Shown here piece after piece: positions 8,964-19,127 of a DNA stretch of 64,000 bases. The first letter of the stretch is position 1. Every line of letters begins with the position of its first letter. The stretch is from a virus. Its lineage: Duplodnaviria; Caudoviricetes. Below the pieces are notes generated by a model. It saw only the letters and a list, made by a program, of their open reading frames with translations, made no database searches and was not told the DNA's origin. The stretch is taken from IMG/VR virus record IMGVR_UViG_3300026493_000002. One strand, given 5' to 3'. Both the position numbers and the translations under genes were made by a program.

Positions 8964-11900
8964 ATGCCTATTTCTCTCGAAAGCGGGGCGGTCAAGTACA
9001 AAACGCTTGAATACCCCTTCAAGTCTTTCGATGCCATGTCCGAGGATATTGAGTCGTACCAGCATTTGAAGCTGCCGACCTATAACGCGGGCGATGGTCA
9101 TAAAAAGGTCCTGTTCGTGTTGGACTACGTTCCGACCGAGGATTTGCGTAACGGGAAACTGCTGTCGGGTGCACAGGGCAGGCTGCTATCGAACGTCATT
9201 CACCATGTGAGCGAGAAGACCTTCCTCAAGAAGTCGCATCGGTTCTCGTGGATGGCAGTCAGCTACAATGCCTTCCGTACTGCCGGCAAGCCGAAGACCT
9301 TCCAGCAGAACGCACAGCTGGCTTTTGGTAAGCGCGTCGAGTTCATCATCGGCCGCTACAAGCCTGACGTGGTCGTTGTGCTGGGCAGTCGCCCGACCGA
9401 ATACTTCTACAACGAGGAGCTCGACCTCACGGACGGCAAGCAGGGTCCGTGGTATGGTGTACCTCGCCGTAAGACGATCAAGGGCCATGAGTGTACGTTC
9501 TTTAGCACGCTCAGCCTGAACACGTTGGCGACCGGCCAGTCGAGTGGTGAGAACGCGATGATCGGCTACTTCGGCCGTAATCTGGCGAACGCGATCACCA
9601 ACAAGCACCAGTACGCCGTCGATGCTGACCGAATCTCGAACCACAAGACGGTGATGATTGATACCGTCAAGAAGTTCGACAAGCTGATGGACAAGCTGGA
9701 GTCGCACGACGGTCCGGTGGCACTCGATAGTGAAACGGCGAACCTGAATCGTATCGCCAACAAGCTGTTGACCATCCAGTTCGCCAAGTGCCAGGACATT
9801 GGCTACCTGCTTCCGATTCATCACAAGGACACGCCGTTCCTGTCCGATGAATTGAAGTACATCAAGAAGCGGGTGAGGAAGTTCCTCGAAGGCAACAATC
9901 GAAACACGTACCACATCTACACCAACGCGGGGTTCGACCTCAACGTCTTCCGCGCGCAGTTGAAGGTACGGTTCTTCGCCAACAAGCTGTACGACATTCT
10001 CGCCGGCGAGTATGCACTGGACGAGAACCTCAAGTTCATGAGTACGGTGACCGGCGAATACTTCTATTCGTTGGGCAACCTGAGCGTGCAGTACGGCTAC
10101 ACCGGTTACCTGACGGCCGAGTTCGGTAAGAAGAATCGTGCGACCATCGAGAGCCATGACCTGGACGAAAAGCTCCAGCGTTACTGCACCCTCGACGTTG
10201 TGACGCCGTTCGCTATCGCCGAGCAGCAGGTCGCTCGCGCCGAGCATATGGGCCACAAGAAGTTCTTGTCCGTCGTGACGGAACAGGTGTCCGATATGCT
10301 CCATACGTTCTCGCGTATGGAAATCAACGGCAACATGATTGACGTGAACTACCTGTTCTACCTCAAGACGCCGAACTCGCCGATTGAGGCCGAACTGAAC
10401 AAGCTGCAGGACAAGCTGCTCAAGGCGCCGGCCGTAGTCAAGGCCAACAAGCGCCTGATGAAAGCCAAGGGTGTGTCTTCGCAAGGCTGGATGGGCGAAG
10501 TCACCGTCGATATGTTTTCGTTCAACAAGCCCGAGCATAAGCAACTCCTGTTCTTCGATATCCTCAAGCTGGAGCCGCTGACGCAAGGCAAGAGCGGCAA
10601 GGGCAAGATCGACAAGGCGTTCCAGGAGCATTACAAGGATGTGCCCGAAGTCGCCATGTTCCAGAACCTGGGCAAGGCGAAGAAGTTGCGTGATTCCTAC
10701 GTCAACAGCTTCATCAAGCTGCTCGGCAGTTCGGACGACTTCAAGGGCGATCACCGCATTCGACCGCAGTACCAGTACCTCGTGGTGCTGACTGGTCGTA
10801 CCTCGGCAAAGGATCCCAACCTGCAACAGATCCCTGCGCGTAGTGCGTTGGGTAAGCAGATCAAGCGCCTGTTCATTGCCGAGCCTGGCCACCTGTACAT
10901 CAAGGTCGATTACCGTGTTCACGAAGTTCGCTGCTGGGGCCTGATCGCGTTCGACAAGAACCTGGCCAAGGTCTTCCAAGAAGCGAAGGACATGCGCGAT
11001 GAATACCGCCGCAATCCGAATCCCGCTCTGGCCAAACGCCTTAAGCTGGAAGCCGACGTCCACGTCATCAACGCCGCGTACTTCTTCTCGGTCGCCGTCG
11101 ACAAGGTGGACAAGGAGTTGCGTAACGCGGTTAAGGCAGTGGTGTTCGGTCTGATCTATCAGATGGCGGTGAAGACCCTGTCGAACAACCTGGGTAAGAC
11201 GCTGGACTTCACCAAGAACCTGGTGAAGAACTTCCAGAAGCGATTCCCGAAAGCAATGAAGTGGAACGAAGACGTGAAGGCGTCTGCGCGTAGCCAGTTC
11301 TTTGTCGAGTCGCCGCTTGGGTTGCGTCGTCACCTGTGGGGCTATCTGCTGCCTGAGGAAATCCAGCACGCAGAGAAGATCCACGGTGACATGGATCGTC
11401 GTGCAGTGAACAGTCCGGTGCAGGGCATGGGTGCGCAGTTCATGGCCATCGGTGCACGCGCGCTGGACAAGCTGTGGTGGAAGACGCTCAAGAAAGAGAA
11501 GCACGACACCGGCATCAAGATTTCCAACTCGGTTCACGATAGCTTGGAGAACAAGTCTCCGTACGTGACCTTCTTGGAGAACCTCGGCATGGTCGAACAG
11601 GCTCTCACTACCGAAGTGCGTAAGACCGTCCGTGATCGACACGGCTACGACTTCGACGTGGATCTTGAAATCGACTTTGAAATCGGTTCGACTCTCGCCA
11701 ACTGCGACGGCTGGGACTTCTCCCTGTTGCAGCTGGAGGAGCTGGCGTATACCTCCATCCTGTTCCAGAAGGAGGAGTTGAAGTACGACGTGTCCGTGAA
11801 GCGTGCGATGAAGGAAGTATTCGTTGAAGGCTGGGAGAGAGCGCCGGAGTGGTTGAAACTCCAGGCGAAGAACATCGGCTGGAAGTACGACTACGACGTG

Positions 11901-12032
11901 ATCCGCAAGCGACTGGCAGATCGTGCTATCGCCGAAGCCAAGGCTGCTATCGAAGCCGAAGAGAAGCGTAAGGCCGAAGAGGCTGCCAAGGCGGCAGAAG
12001 AAGCCAAGCCGAAGAAGAAGGCCAAGAAGTAG
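8964..12032 (+). CDS. polA: family A DNA polymerase with 3'-5' exonuclease and N-terminal UDG-like domain
   Basis: Exo VALDSET...YCTLDV; TGRTSAKDPNLQQIP; motif A KVDYRVHEVR; motif B RNAVKAVVFGLIY; motif C SVHDSL. Confidence 0.95.
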   Translation: MPISLESGAVKYKTLEYPFKSFDAMSEDIESYQHLKLPTYNAGDGHKKVLFVLDYVPTEDLRNGKLLSGAQGRLLSNVIHHVSEKTFLKKSHRFSWMAVSYNAFRTAGKPKTFQQNAQLAFGKRVEFIIGRYKPDVVVVLGSRPTEYFYNEELDLTDGKQGPWYGVPRRKTIKGHECTFFSTLSLNTLATGQSSGENAMIGYFGRNLANAITNKHQYAVDADRISNHKTVMIDTVKKFDKLMDKLESHDGPVALDSETANLNRIANKLLTIQFAKCQDIGYLLPIHHKDTPFLSDELKYIKKRVRKFLEGNNRNTYHIYTNAGFDLNVFRAQLKVRFFANKLYDILAGEYALDENLKFMSTVTGEYFYSLGNLSVQYGYTGYLTAEFGKKNRATIESHDLDEKLQRYCTLDVVTPFAIAEQQVARAEHMGHKKFLSVVTEQVSDMLHTFSRMEINGNMIDVNYLFYLKTPNSPIEAELNKLQDKLLKAPAVVKANKRLMKAKGVSSQGWMGEVTVDMFSFNKPEHKQLLFFDILKLEPLTQGKSGKGKIDKAFQEHYKDVPEVAMFQNLGKAKKLRDSYVNSFIKLLGSSDDFKGDHRIRPQYQYLVVLTGRTSAKDPNLQQIPARSALGKQIKRLFIAEPGHLYIKVDYRVHEVRCWGLIAFDKNLAKVFQEAKDMRDEYRRNPNPALAKRLKLEADVHVINAAYFFSVAVDKVDKELRNAVKAVVFGLIYQMAVKTLSNNLGKTLDFTKNLVKNFQKRFPKAMKWNEDVKASARSQFFVESPLGLRRHLWGYLLPEEIQHAEKIHGDMDRRAVNSPVQGMGAQFMAIGARALDKLWWKTLKKEKHDTGIKISNSVHDSLENKSPYVTFLENLGMVEQALTTEVRKTVRDRHGYDFDVDLEIDFEIGSTLANCDGWDFSLLQLEELAYTSILFQKEELKYDVSVKRAMKEVFVEGWERAPEWLKLQAKNIGWKYDYDVIRKRLADRAIAEAKAAIEAEEKRKAEEAAKAAEEAKPKKKAKK

Positions 12033-12033
12033 G

Positions 12034-12041
12034 TCTGTAAA
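12034..12041 (+). promoter_or_regulatory. TCTGTAAA candidate phage promoter
   Basis: Directly after the polymerase stop, 64 nt before the next ATG. Confidence 0.6.
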
Positions 12042-12104
12042 TAACCAAGAGTGGCCCAGGACGATCCTGGGCCTTAGTCGTATTGACAGGATGGGGATCC
12101 TCCT

Positions 12105-12893
12105 ATGAATGACATTGACAAGCTCCAGGAGCGCGCCGACCGCATTGATGAATTGCAGTTGCGCGTGCGCTATGGCATCGAGGGTGAGGGTCCGTTCATC
12201 GGGCGTCCCTGCATCCACATCCACAACCTCGGTGATGACGAAGGTCTGGTCCGACGTGACGTTGAGGCCGCGATCATCGCAGCGTACAAGTCATACATGG
12301 ATCCCGAGCGTGAGCCGCGCGTTCCGTGGAGCGCGTTGCAGATCGTGTTCCACTCGCAGGACCTGTCCGACTCGTTCCAGCGTTGCCTCGCGTCCATGCT
12401 GTCCAGCAGCGATGACACCGAAGAAATCGTGATGCTGGAGACGTACTTCCCCAACATCGTGATCGAGACCAATGGCCGTACGCCTCTCGGTCCGCTGTTG
12501 CTGGACGTGCTGCACCTGTATCCCGGCGACGTTCATTTCGTCGTGACGCAGTACATGCCGATGATCGGTCAGGCCTTCGACCCGCGTTCGATCATGACCT
12601 ACATGCGTCCGAAGTCCGAGGTCAACTTCAAGTTCGTGTACGACTGCGGTTCCTTCGATGCTCACCAAATGGCCATCGGGTTCCAACAGCTGGACGAACT
12701 TCTGGCCAAGTACCGCACGCATCAGTTCCTGCGCCCGCGTGAGGCACGTGAGCCCGAACGTTACGTGTGGCTGATCGGCTCAACGCCTGGCGGTCGTCCC
12801 GGCTCCAAGGCCTGCGACGTGCTGCAACGATTCGCGCTCAGTCGCGGCTACAACTTCACTGTCGGCTTCTCCTCACCCTTCTCCCCACGGTAG
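12105..12893 (+). CDS. QueE-like (radical SAM fold) protein lacking the Fe-S cysteine motif
   Basis: GIEGEGPFIGRPCIHI resembles QueE IQGEG..G.P.vFvR; VIETNG and FKFV also match; no CxxxCxxC. Confidence 0.45.
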   Translation: MNDIDKLQERADRIDELQLRVRYGIEGEGPFIGRPCIHIHNLGDDEGLVRRDVEAAIIAAYKSYMDPEREPRVPWSALQIVFHSQDLSDSFQRCLASMLSSSDDTEEIVMLETYFPNIVIETNGRTPLGPLLLDVLHLYPGDVHFVVTQYMPMIGQAFDPRSIMTYMRPKSEVNFKFVYDCGSFDAHQMAIGFQQLDELLAKYRTHQFLRPREAREPERYVWLIGSTPGGRPGSKACDVLQRFALSRGYNFTVGFSSPFSPR

Positions 12894-12917
12894 GCCGACG
12901 CTCTATCAGAGCCCCAT

Positions 12918-13352
12918 ATGAGTCACTCTATCAAAGGCATCGCCGCGTATTTCAACACCGGCGCCTTTACCTTCTTTGAGGAAGAGGCACCCGGCTTCAT
13001 CAATTCCGTTCTGGACAGATTCGGTTCTTACTGCGGTGAGTTGAATGCGGCTGCGGCTCTCGTTGATCAGGACGCAGACTTCCCACCGTTTGCCCTCTGC
13101 GACGACTTCGCCGAGTGTGTGATCGAAGCCTTTGAGGAGCGTGCCACCGAAGCTCGCATTAAACGTCCACGTGTCGCAGAGATTGTAAAGATCCTCGAAC
13201 TGTGTACGTTCACCGCCCTCAGCTATGAGTCGGCGGACAACACCCTTTACGCGCATGTGGATATGTTGATGCCCTCGATCCATGAAGAACTGGCCGAGCG
13301 TGGCGTTGACTTCTACACGCAACCCAAAACCCTGTATACCTACAAGCACTAG
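12918..13352 (+). CDS. hypothetical acidic protein
   Basis: 144 aa ORF filling the gap between genes. Confidence 0.65.
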   Translation: MSHSIKGIAAYFNTGAFTFFEEEAPGFINSVLDRFGSYCGELNAAAALVDQDADFPPFALCDDFAECVIEAFEERATEARIKRPRVAEIVKILELCTFTALSYESADNTLYAHVDMLMPSIHEELAERGVDFYTQPKTLYTYKH

Positions 13353-13363
13353 AGGACCAAATA

Positions 13364-14563
13364 GTGGCAATCGACTACTCTTTCGACAAGCCCAAAGCCT
13401 TCAAGTTCAGCGCGAATGCGAAGGACTTGGAGCAGGTGCTGTCTCGCGTCAGTGGCGTCATGGGCGCCAGTGCATCGCAGACCAAGCACTACTTTCTGAT
13501 CGCACGACACCGGAAGCTGTGCGTGCTGGCATTCAATCAGGACACCTTCTGTGCCGTCGTGGCACCGAACGCCGTATCGGAATCTGACGGCGCAGTCGGC
13601 ATCCAGCCTGCTACCCTGCAGGGCGTCATCAAGGCGCGTGCCGAAATGGACTTCGAGTTCTCCGGTCAGGAACTGATCTTCAAGGCCGCGAAGGGCAAGT
13701 ACAACGGCAAGGTCGTGGTCGAAGCTGTGACCAGCGAGCAGATCGCCTACATCGCTGCGACGTTCGGTGCATCGGCGAAGAAGACCGACGCAACCTCCGG
13801 CCTGTCGCGTGCAACGCTCGACACCCTCAAGGAAGGCATGCGCCTGACTGCGGTCGCCGACGTGTACACCGGCAAGGACCTGGCCTCGTTCGTCGTGTTC
13901 GAGCCGAAGTCCATCATGGTGTCGTCGTTCGATCACCATCACTTCGCGCTGTATCGCAAGAAGCTCAAGGACTCGACCCTGGACTTCCGCGTTGCACTGC
14001 CGATCAACCACTTCAACATCATCGACAAGATGATGGAGAGCGCCGGCAAGGATGCGAAGTTCATCCTGCGTCCCGAAGCGATCCGTGTTGAAGGCCCGAA
14101 CTTCCTGCTGTCGCTTCCCGCCACGCAGGCCGAGGACGTCAACTTCGACCGTACCGCCAAGTTCCTGAAAACGCATGGCGAACTGCCGTACCGTTTCAGC
14201 TACTCGCACGATACCATGTCGAAGCTGGTGGACAACCTGTTCACCCTGAACGCCGACAACTCTCGCTTCGAGATTGCGTACAAGAAGGACTCCATCGGCT
14301 TCACCTTCGCGACGCAGGCCGGCGCAGCTTCGGATGCCTTCAAGGTCAAGACCCTGACGGCGAAGAATCCCGAAGCGAAGGTCAACATCGAACCGCGTCT
14401 CCTGCGCGACCTGATCCGCCTCGGCAAGGGTCAGAAGGAAACGGTGTTGGCGTTCAAGGAGAACGTCATCTGTATGATCGAGAGCAAGATCGAGAGCGGC
14501 GCAAGCCTGACCCTCGCCTGCGCGGTCGTGGTCGACGAAAAGAAGACCAAGAAGAAAAAGTGA
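13364..14563 (+). CDS. DNA sliding clamp (beta-clamp-like)
   Basis: 399 aa, repeated alpha/beta pattern like DnaN (..KDLEQVLSRV.., RATLDTLKEGMRLT, NIEPRLLRDLIR); next to the polymerase. Confidence 0.6.
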   Translation: MAIDYSFDKPKAFKFSANAKDLEQVLSRVSGVMGASASQTKHYFLIARHRKLCVLAFNQDTFCAVVAPNAVSESDGAVGIQPATLQGVIKARAEMDFEFSGQELIFKAAKGKYNGKVVVEAVTSEQIAYIAATFGASAKKTDATSGLSRATLDTLKEGMRLTAVADVYTGKDLASFVVFEPKSIMVSSFDHHHFALYRKKLKDSTLDFRVALPINHFNIIDKMMESAGKDAKFILRPEAIRVEGPNFLLSLPATQAEDVNFDRTAKFLKTHGELPYRFSYSHDTMSKLVDNLFTLNADNSRFEIAYKKDSIGFTFATQAGAASDAFKVKTLTAKNPEAKVNIEPRLLRDLIRLGKGQKETVLAFKENVICMIESKIESGASLTLACAVVVDEKKTKKKK

Positions 14564-14570
14564 GGGCAAC

Positions 14571-15113
14571 ATGGCAATGCGAAGCCCAGTAGTAGCGGGA
14601 GCAAAGTTCACGCTCCCGTTCTCTCGGGTACTCGGGCGTGCCAGCGGTGACGATCAACAGGAAGAAGGTACGGCAGAGGTATCACGGCTGAGTTCCGCCA
14701 TGATCCAAACCGGTGAACAGCGGCTGGATGCACTTCCAGTCGCTTACACCAACCGCTTCTTGAACGTCGGTGTACCGCGCAACAATCCCGGTATCCAGCA
14801 CTCCGTCTACTTCTCCCGCAGGCCGGTAACTGATCGTTACACCATCGAACAGGAGTTCCGCGTCTCCGGCTACATGAGCTACAGCTACCTCCATAGCGGC
14901 TCTATGGTCGTCGGCGTCGTGTTCTCCACCGACCGTTCCAAGACTACGGTCGAAGAGTACAAGCTGGCTGTGCGTGGTCGTGAACTCGGCAAGCGATTCG
15001 TTCCCAACTTCAATCTGGAGAAGCTGGGCTTGTTGATCTTCACCGCGGACAGCAGTTCGACGCTGGTGGTTCCGAACGACTTCGACTCCAGCTTGCTGGT
15101 CCGATCGGACTAA
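14571..15113 (+). CDS. hypothetical protein
   Basis: 180 aa ORF with GAGG RBS. Confidence 0.65.
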   Translation: MAMRSPVVAGAKFTLPFSRVLGRASGDDQQEEGTAEVSRLSSAMIQTGEQRLDALPVAYTNRFLNVGVPRNNPGIQHSVYFSRRPVTDRYTIEQEFRVSGYMSYSYLHSGSMVVGVVFSTDRSKTTVEEYKLAVRGRELGKRFVPNFNLEKLGLLIFTADSSSTLVVPNDFDSSLLVRSD

Positions 15114-15121
15114 GGTAACCA

Positions 15122-15655
15122 ATGAAAACAAGCACTGACCGCGTCCTCAGACTCATTAAGGGCGACAGCAAGTTCAAGCGCCTGAGCAAGGCGTTCGCCG
15201 ACTCTCCGATCTACAACATCCCACGCGAACGGATGCTGGAAGAAATCAAGGAGATCCACGAGTTGCGGGAATCGCGTCGGCTGAATCGACGTGACCCTGA
15301 CTTTGTGGACAAGCTGGTTGAAGCCAACATCCGTGACATGGCCAGTCGTTCGCGTCTCACGGCGATCATCGCCAACTGTGCCGAGACGTCGGACAAGCTG
15401 GCTCTGGCCTGCAAGTCCTTGAAGCAGCACATGCTGCTGACGTATCCGGAGCATCTGCGCCAGTACCGGACCAAGGAAGAGCGCATCCTGATCCTCGACA
15501 TGGCTCTGAGGAAGTACCTCAACTACGTGGATCAGGTCGATTCGATCAAGAACATCGCCATCTTGGTCGTCAACGACATTGACAAGGCCGCGTGGTCCTT
15601 GAAGCTGATCGTGGAGACGTTGAAGATCACGTCCGGCCGCGAGTCCTCACTCTGA
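15122..15655 (+). CDS. alpha-helical protein, possibly UvsY-like recombination mediator
   Basis: 177 aa, all-helical character, just upstream of an SF2 helicase; function inferred from context only. Confidence 0.35.
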   Translation: MKTSTDRVLRLIKGDSKFKRLSKAFADSPIYNIPRERMLEEIKEIHELRESRRLNRRDPDFVDKLVEANIRDMASRSRLTAIIANCAETSDKLALACKSLKQHMLLTYPEHLRQYRTKEERILILDMALRKYLNYVDQVDSIKNIAILVVNDIDKAAWSLKLIVETLKITSGRESSL

Positions 15656-15686
15656 GCCTGCGCGAGACTCGCATTCCCGAGATCCA

Positions 15687-15720
15687 AGCCCGTCATCGCC
15701 GGACGGGCTGTCTTGCGTTT
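15687..15720 (+). terminator. terminator-like hairpin
   Basis: AGCCCGTC/GACGGGCT 8-bp stem with a weak T tract. Confidence 0.45.
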
Positions 15721-15779
15721 GTGGGTTGGATTCTCCTGTTGTGCCCGATGGGCTATGTTATTGTCAATGTCATCCTAGA

Positions 15780-15786
15780 CTGTAAA
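15780..15786 (+). promoter_or_regulatory. CTGTAAA candidate phage promoter
   Basis: Intergenic, 44 nt before the helicase GTG. Confidence 0.55.
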
Positions 15787-15829
15787 CCGTAATTCTTATG
15801 AAGCACACCTATCCCGTTGAGAGTAGACC

Positions 15830-17530
15830 GTGAGCAAAGACAAAATCATCGTGCGGGACCGGATCTACATTCCGATCAAGGTCCTCGACATGGAGACCGT
15901 GAAGAAGGAATACTCCAAGCGTATGTATGACCACGCGGTCTGCAAGAAGTGTGACTACAGGGAAGAGCGGCACAGCTATATCTGCGACACCTGTGAGGCG
16001 TATCAGGGTCAGGTGAAGCTCTACAACACCAAGGAGATTGACGACAGGACCTATGTCGGCGTTCCTACTGGCGACAAGCGCCTGATCCCGAAGAAGCTGG
16101 GCATCGACTGGTCTGACTTCAAGGTACGTGACCTGCGTTCCCGCTTCCCGTTCGATCACAAGGTGAAGCTGACGATCGACCTTCGTAAGAACCAAGAGGA
16201 GGCTGTGTCCGATTACCTGAAACACGGATACGGCATTCTCGAAGCACCGCCTCGTACGGGTAAGACCTTGATGGCGCTGGCTATCGGCGTGCGCCTCGGG
16301 TACAAGTTCGTCGTGCTTGCCAATCAGCACGAATTCCTCACTCAGTTCATGGATCATATCCACGGCAACGAGAAAGAAGGCATTCCGAAGTGTACCAACC
16401 TGCCTGAACTGGAAGAGAAGACTGGCAAGAAGCTGTACGGTATCCCGAAGACGGACGAGGACTTCAAGAACTTCCAAATCTTCGTGATGACCTATCAGCA
16501 GTACCTCAGCGAAAAGTCCGGCAAGGACCGCATGAGGAAGATCATCAAGAAGGTCGGCAGTCTCGTGGTCGACGAAGTCCACAAGGCTGGCGCATCCGGC
16601 TATGCGAAGGTGATCCAGAAGTTCCCCGTTGCGCATCGCGTAGGCGTGACTGCAACGCTGGACCGTAAGGACGGTCGCCAGTTCATCGTGAAGCAAATCT
16701 TCGGGCCGATCAATGCCAGATCGAAGGTCGATTCGTTGATCCCCACGGTGTTCGTCCACGAGACGGGATTCACGTCCAAGCGCAAGTATCAGGGCAAGCG
16801 TGCATGGGTGTTCGCCATGCAGGCAATCGCAAAGGACAAGGCCCGCAACAAGTTCATCGTGGACTACGTGATGAAGGACCTTGCGAAGGGTCACAACATC
16901 GTGATCCCGGTCATGTTCAAGAACCACGTCTACGAGCTCCAGCGCCTTATCAACGAACGCTGGAAGGAAATGGGCAAGCGCGACAACATCTGCGAGGTGT
17001 TCGTCGGCGGTGGTGGTAAGAAGAACAAGGACGACCGCAAGGTCAAGCTGATGGAGGCAAAGCTCAACAAGGTGCGCGTGATCGTTGGTATCCGCAGCCT
17101 GTTGCAGCTGGGTCTGAACGTGCCGTCGTGGAGCGCGATCTACACCGCCATGCCTATCAGCAACGAGCCGAACTACAAGCAGGAGACTTCGCGTGTGCGT
17201 ACGCCTCTTGAGGGCAAGCGTACTCCGATCATTCGCATCTTCTTCGAGGAGGGACTGGGCCAGAGCGTTGGCTGTGGTCGCAACTGCCTCAAGCACTGCG
17301 GCATCTTCGGCTACAACTTCTCCAAGACTCCGAAGCAGCAGCGCCTGATGGGCATCCTCGCCAACTCGGGTCGTCAACAGCGACAAGGCAATGACCTCGA
17401 CGATATGTTCAAGGCGTCGATGGATGCCCTGTTCTCCGAGTCCGGCACGTCCGGCCGCGACAAGGGTAAGGGCAAGAAGGGCAAGTACGGTCAGCAGCCT
17501 CGCGCTCGACAATCCATTACCGGTTTCTAA
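15830..17530 (+). CDS. superfamily II DNA helicase (UvsW/XPB-like)
   Basis: [43 protein letters not shown]; N-terminal CxxC..CxxC. Confidence 0.9.
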   Translation: MSKDKIIVRDRIYIPIKVLDMETVKKEYSKRMYDHAVCKKCDYREERHSYICDTCEAYQGQVKLYNTKEIDDRTYVGVPTGDKRLIPKKLGIDWSDFKVRDLRSRFPFDHKVKLTIDLRKNQEEAVSDYLKHGYGILEAPPRTGKTLMALAIGVRLGYKFVVLANQHEFLTQFMDHIHGNEKEGIPKCTNLPELEEKTGKKLYGIPKTDEDFKNFQIFVMTYQQYLSEKSGKDRMRKIIKKVGSLVVDEVHKAGASGYAKVIQKFPVAHRVGVTATLDRKDGRQFIVKQIFGPINARSKVDSLIPTVFVHETGFTSKRKYQGKRAWVFAMQAIAKDKARNKFIVDYVMKDLAKGHNIVIPVMFKNHVYELQRLINERWKEMGKRDNICEVFVGGGGKKNKDDRKVKLMEAKLNKVRVIVGIRSLLQLGLNVPSWSAIYTAMPISNEPNYKQETSRVRTPLEGKRTPIIRIFFEEGLGQSVGCGRNCLKHCGIFGYNFSKTPKQQRLMGILANSGRQQRQGNDLDDMFKASMDALFSESGTSGRDKGKGKKGKYGQQPRARQSITGF

Positions 17531-17539
17531 GGAGCCGAC

Positions 17540-17875
17540 ATGCGTGCAGTAAAATCTCTGTTCGATCTACTGCCGGGCGCTGCAATGCCGCCTCTTCCGA
17601 ACTTGCCCGAACCGGCACGTAAGGAAGAGGACGGCACCCGTCTGTACACCGAGGAGCAGGTGACCGTCTTGCTCTACAGGCTGCTCAACAGTCCCACCCA
17701 CGTAAACGATCACGTGGAGCTCAATCGAATGCTGGCTCGTCTTGGCCAATTCGTGGATGCCGAAGAGGGTTACATGACCCGTGACCGGCACCATGATTTG
17801 CAGTTCATCCTGATCGGCCTGTTGTCGGTCCGCAACGAACTCTTCGGATTACCGTCGAATTTGCCTCCCGTCTAA
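17540..17875 (+). CDS. hypothetical protein
   Basis: AAGGAG RBS, 111 aa. Confidence 0.7.
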   Translation: MRAVKSLFDLLPGAAMPPLPNLPEPARKEEDGTRLYTEEQVTVLLYRLLNSPTHVNDHVELNRMLARLGQFVDAEEGYMTRDRHHDLQFILIGLLSVRNELFGLPSNLPPV

Positions 17876-17877
17876 TG

Positions 17878-17884
17878 CTGTAAA
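17878..17884 (+). promoter_or_regulatory. CTGTAAA candidate phage promoter
   Basis: Intergenic, 43 nt before ATG 17927. Confidence 0.55.
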
Positions 17885-17926
17885 GAACCCATGTAACACC
17901 CACCGAGTATTCACCAAGGAATCACT

Positions 17927-18451
17927 ATGACTGACACCATTACCCACCTCAAACTGAGCGATCCGATTGCCAATTTCGATCTGGCTTTCGATGACTGTGC
18001 GGACACCGGCAACCTCTGCATTTCCGTGGAGCTCGTGGACAGCACGGCACTTGCCGACTTCGGCATTCAGGGTCCCGCGGCCAACATCAAGGCAAAGTTC
18101 CTGCTGGTGTCGGCGCTGCCTGCAATCTTGAGGAAGATCATCGAGGGCAAGCAGCACCGAGGCGGCGTGACGTTCTCGATGCTCGACGCGGAAGGCAAGA
18201 CCGTCGCGTCACGCCGCTTCCGTGTGAAGTCGGCCAGCAGCAAGATCAAGATGAACGCCTCCGACGGCGGTCGTCGCACCCGAAAGCCGGATCCCAAGAG
18301 CGACACCTTGTACGAGCAGGCCGAAATGTTCGAGAAGTGGACCATGCGCCAGAGCGCAGAAATCCGTGACCTCTTGGCGTGCATCGCCAGCAGTGGCGCC
18401 ACTCTGCCGACTGTCGAAGTCCTGTTCATCGAGGAGAGTAACGGTGTCTGA
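17927..18451 (+). CDS. hypothetical protein
   Basis: AAGGA RBS, 174 aa. Confidence 0.7.
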   Translation: MTDTITHLKLSDPIANFDLAFDDCADTGNLCISVELVDSTALADFGIQGPAANIKAKFLLVSALPAILRKIIEGKQHRGGVTFSMLDAEGKTVASRRFRVKSASSKIKMNASDGGRRTRKPDPKSDTLYEQAEMFEKWTMRQSAEIRDLLACIASSGATLPTVEVLFIEESNGV

Positions 18452-19127
18452 TATTGACGAACTGGAAGACGAAGTAGACGAACAGCAGATTCAGGTCGAG
18501 CCGATCAAGATTCGCCCGCTCCCTGATGATCGCAAGAAGCTGCTGATCGCACGTGGTGTCCCCGGCCAGGACCTCATGACTGACGGTGTTCCGGTGTTCG
18601 ATGCCGTGGACTACTTGGTGCGCATGGAGCCTGACGTTCCGGGCGTGACCAACAAGACCATCAGTGCCAAGAAACAGATGGACAAGCTGCGCACCATCCT
18701 GCGCAATCCGCTGCGTCGTCAGCCCTACACGATTGCCATTGGGTCCTATCCGAGCGATGCGCGTGCGAAGTATCTGGCGCACACGTTGTTCAACGCCGCG
18801 ATCACCCAGTATCAGAAGGATCGTCTGCGCTTCGGTGCCCGCGGTCTGCCGATGTGGCATCGCGTGTGGGGCAACTACAAGGACGCGCTGCGCGATGCTC
18901 CCGGTAAGGAGACGCCCAGCATGTTGTTCATCGCCAACATCCATGACGAGTCCACGAGTCTCAAGATCGAGAAGGTCCGTGACTTGTTGGAAATGTACTC
19001 CGACATTCCTCGCGTTGTCATCACCGGCGGCAGCGCACCGATCGACCTCTTCCAATACCGATTGTCCTATCCGCTGACGGCCGGCTTCTACGTTGGCCCG
19101 CCGAACCTGATCAAGGAGAACATCTGA
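18444..19127 (+). CDS. degenerate DnaC/IstB-like AAA+ protein
   Basis: GTG 18444 after GAGGAG; IAIGSYPSDARAKYLA (Walker A position), MLFIANI (Walker B position), KVRDLLEMY..IPRVVIT. Confidence 0.4.
   Translation: MSDIDELEDEVDEQQIQVEPIKIRPLPDDRKKLLIARGVPGQDLMTDGVPVFDAVDYLVRMEPDVPGVTNKTISAKKQMDKLRTILRNPLRRQPYTIAIGSYPSDARAKYLAHTLFNAAITQYQKDRLRFGARGLPMWHRVWGNYKDALRDAPGKETPSMLFIANIHDESTSLKIEKVRDLLEMYSDIPRVVITGGSAPIDLFQYRLSYPLTAGFYVGPPNLIKENI

Noticed and set aside
12083-12110. TTGACA at 12083 and 29953 as sigma70 promoters
   Set aside because: No acceptable -10 hexamer at 16-18 nt spacing.
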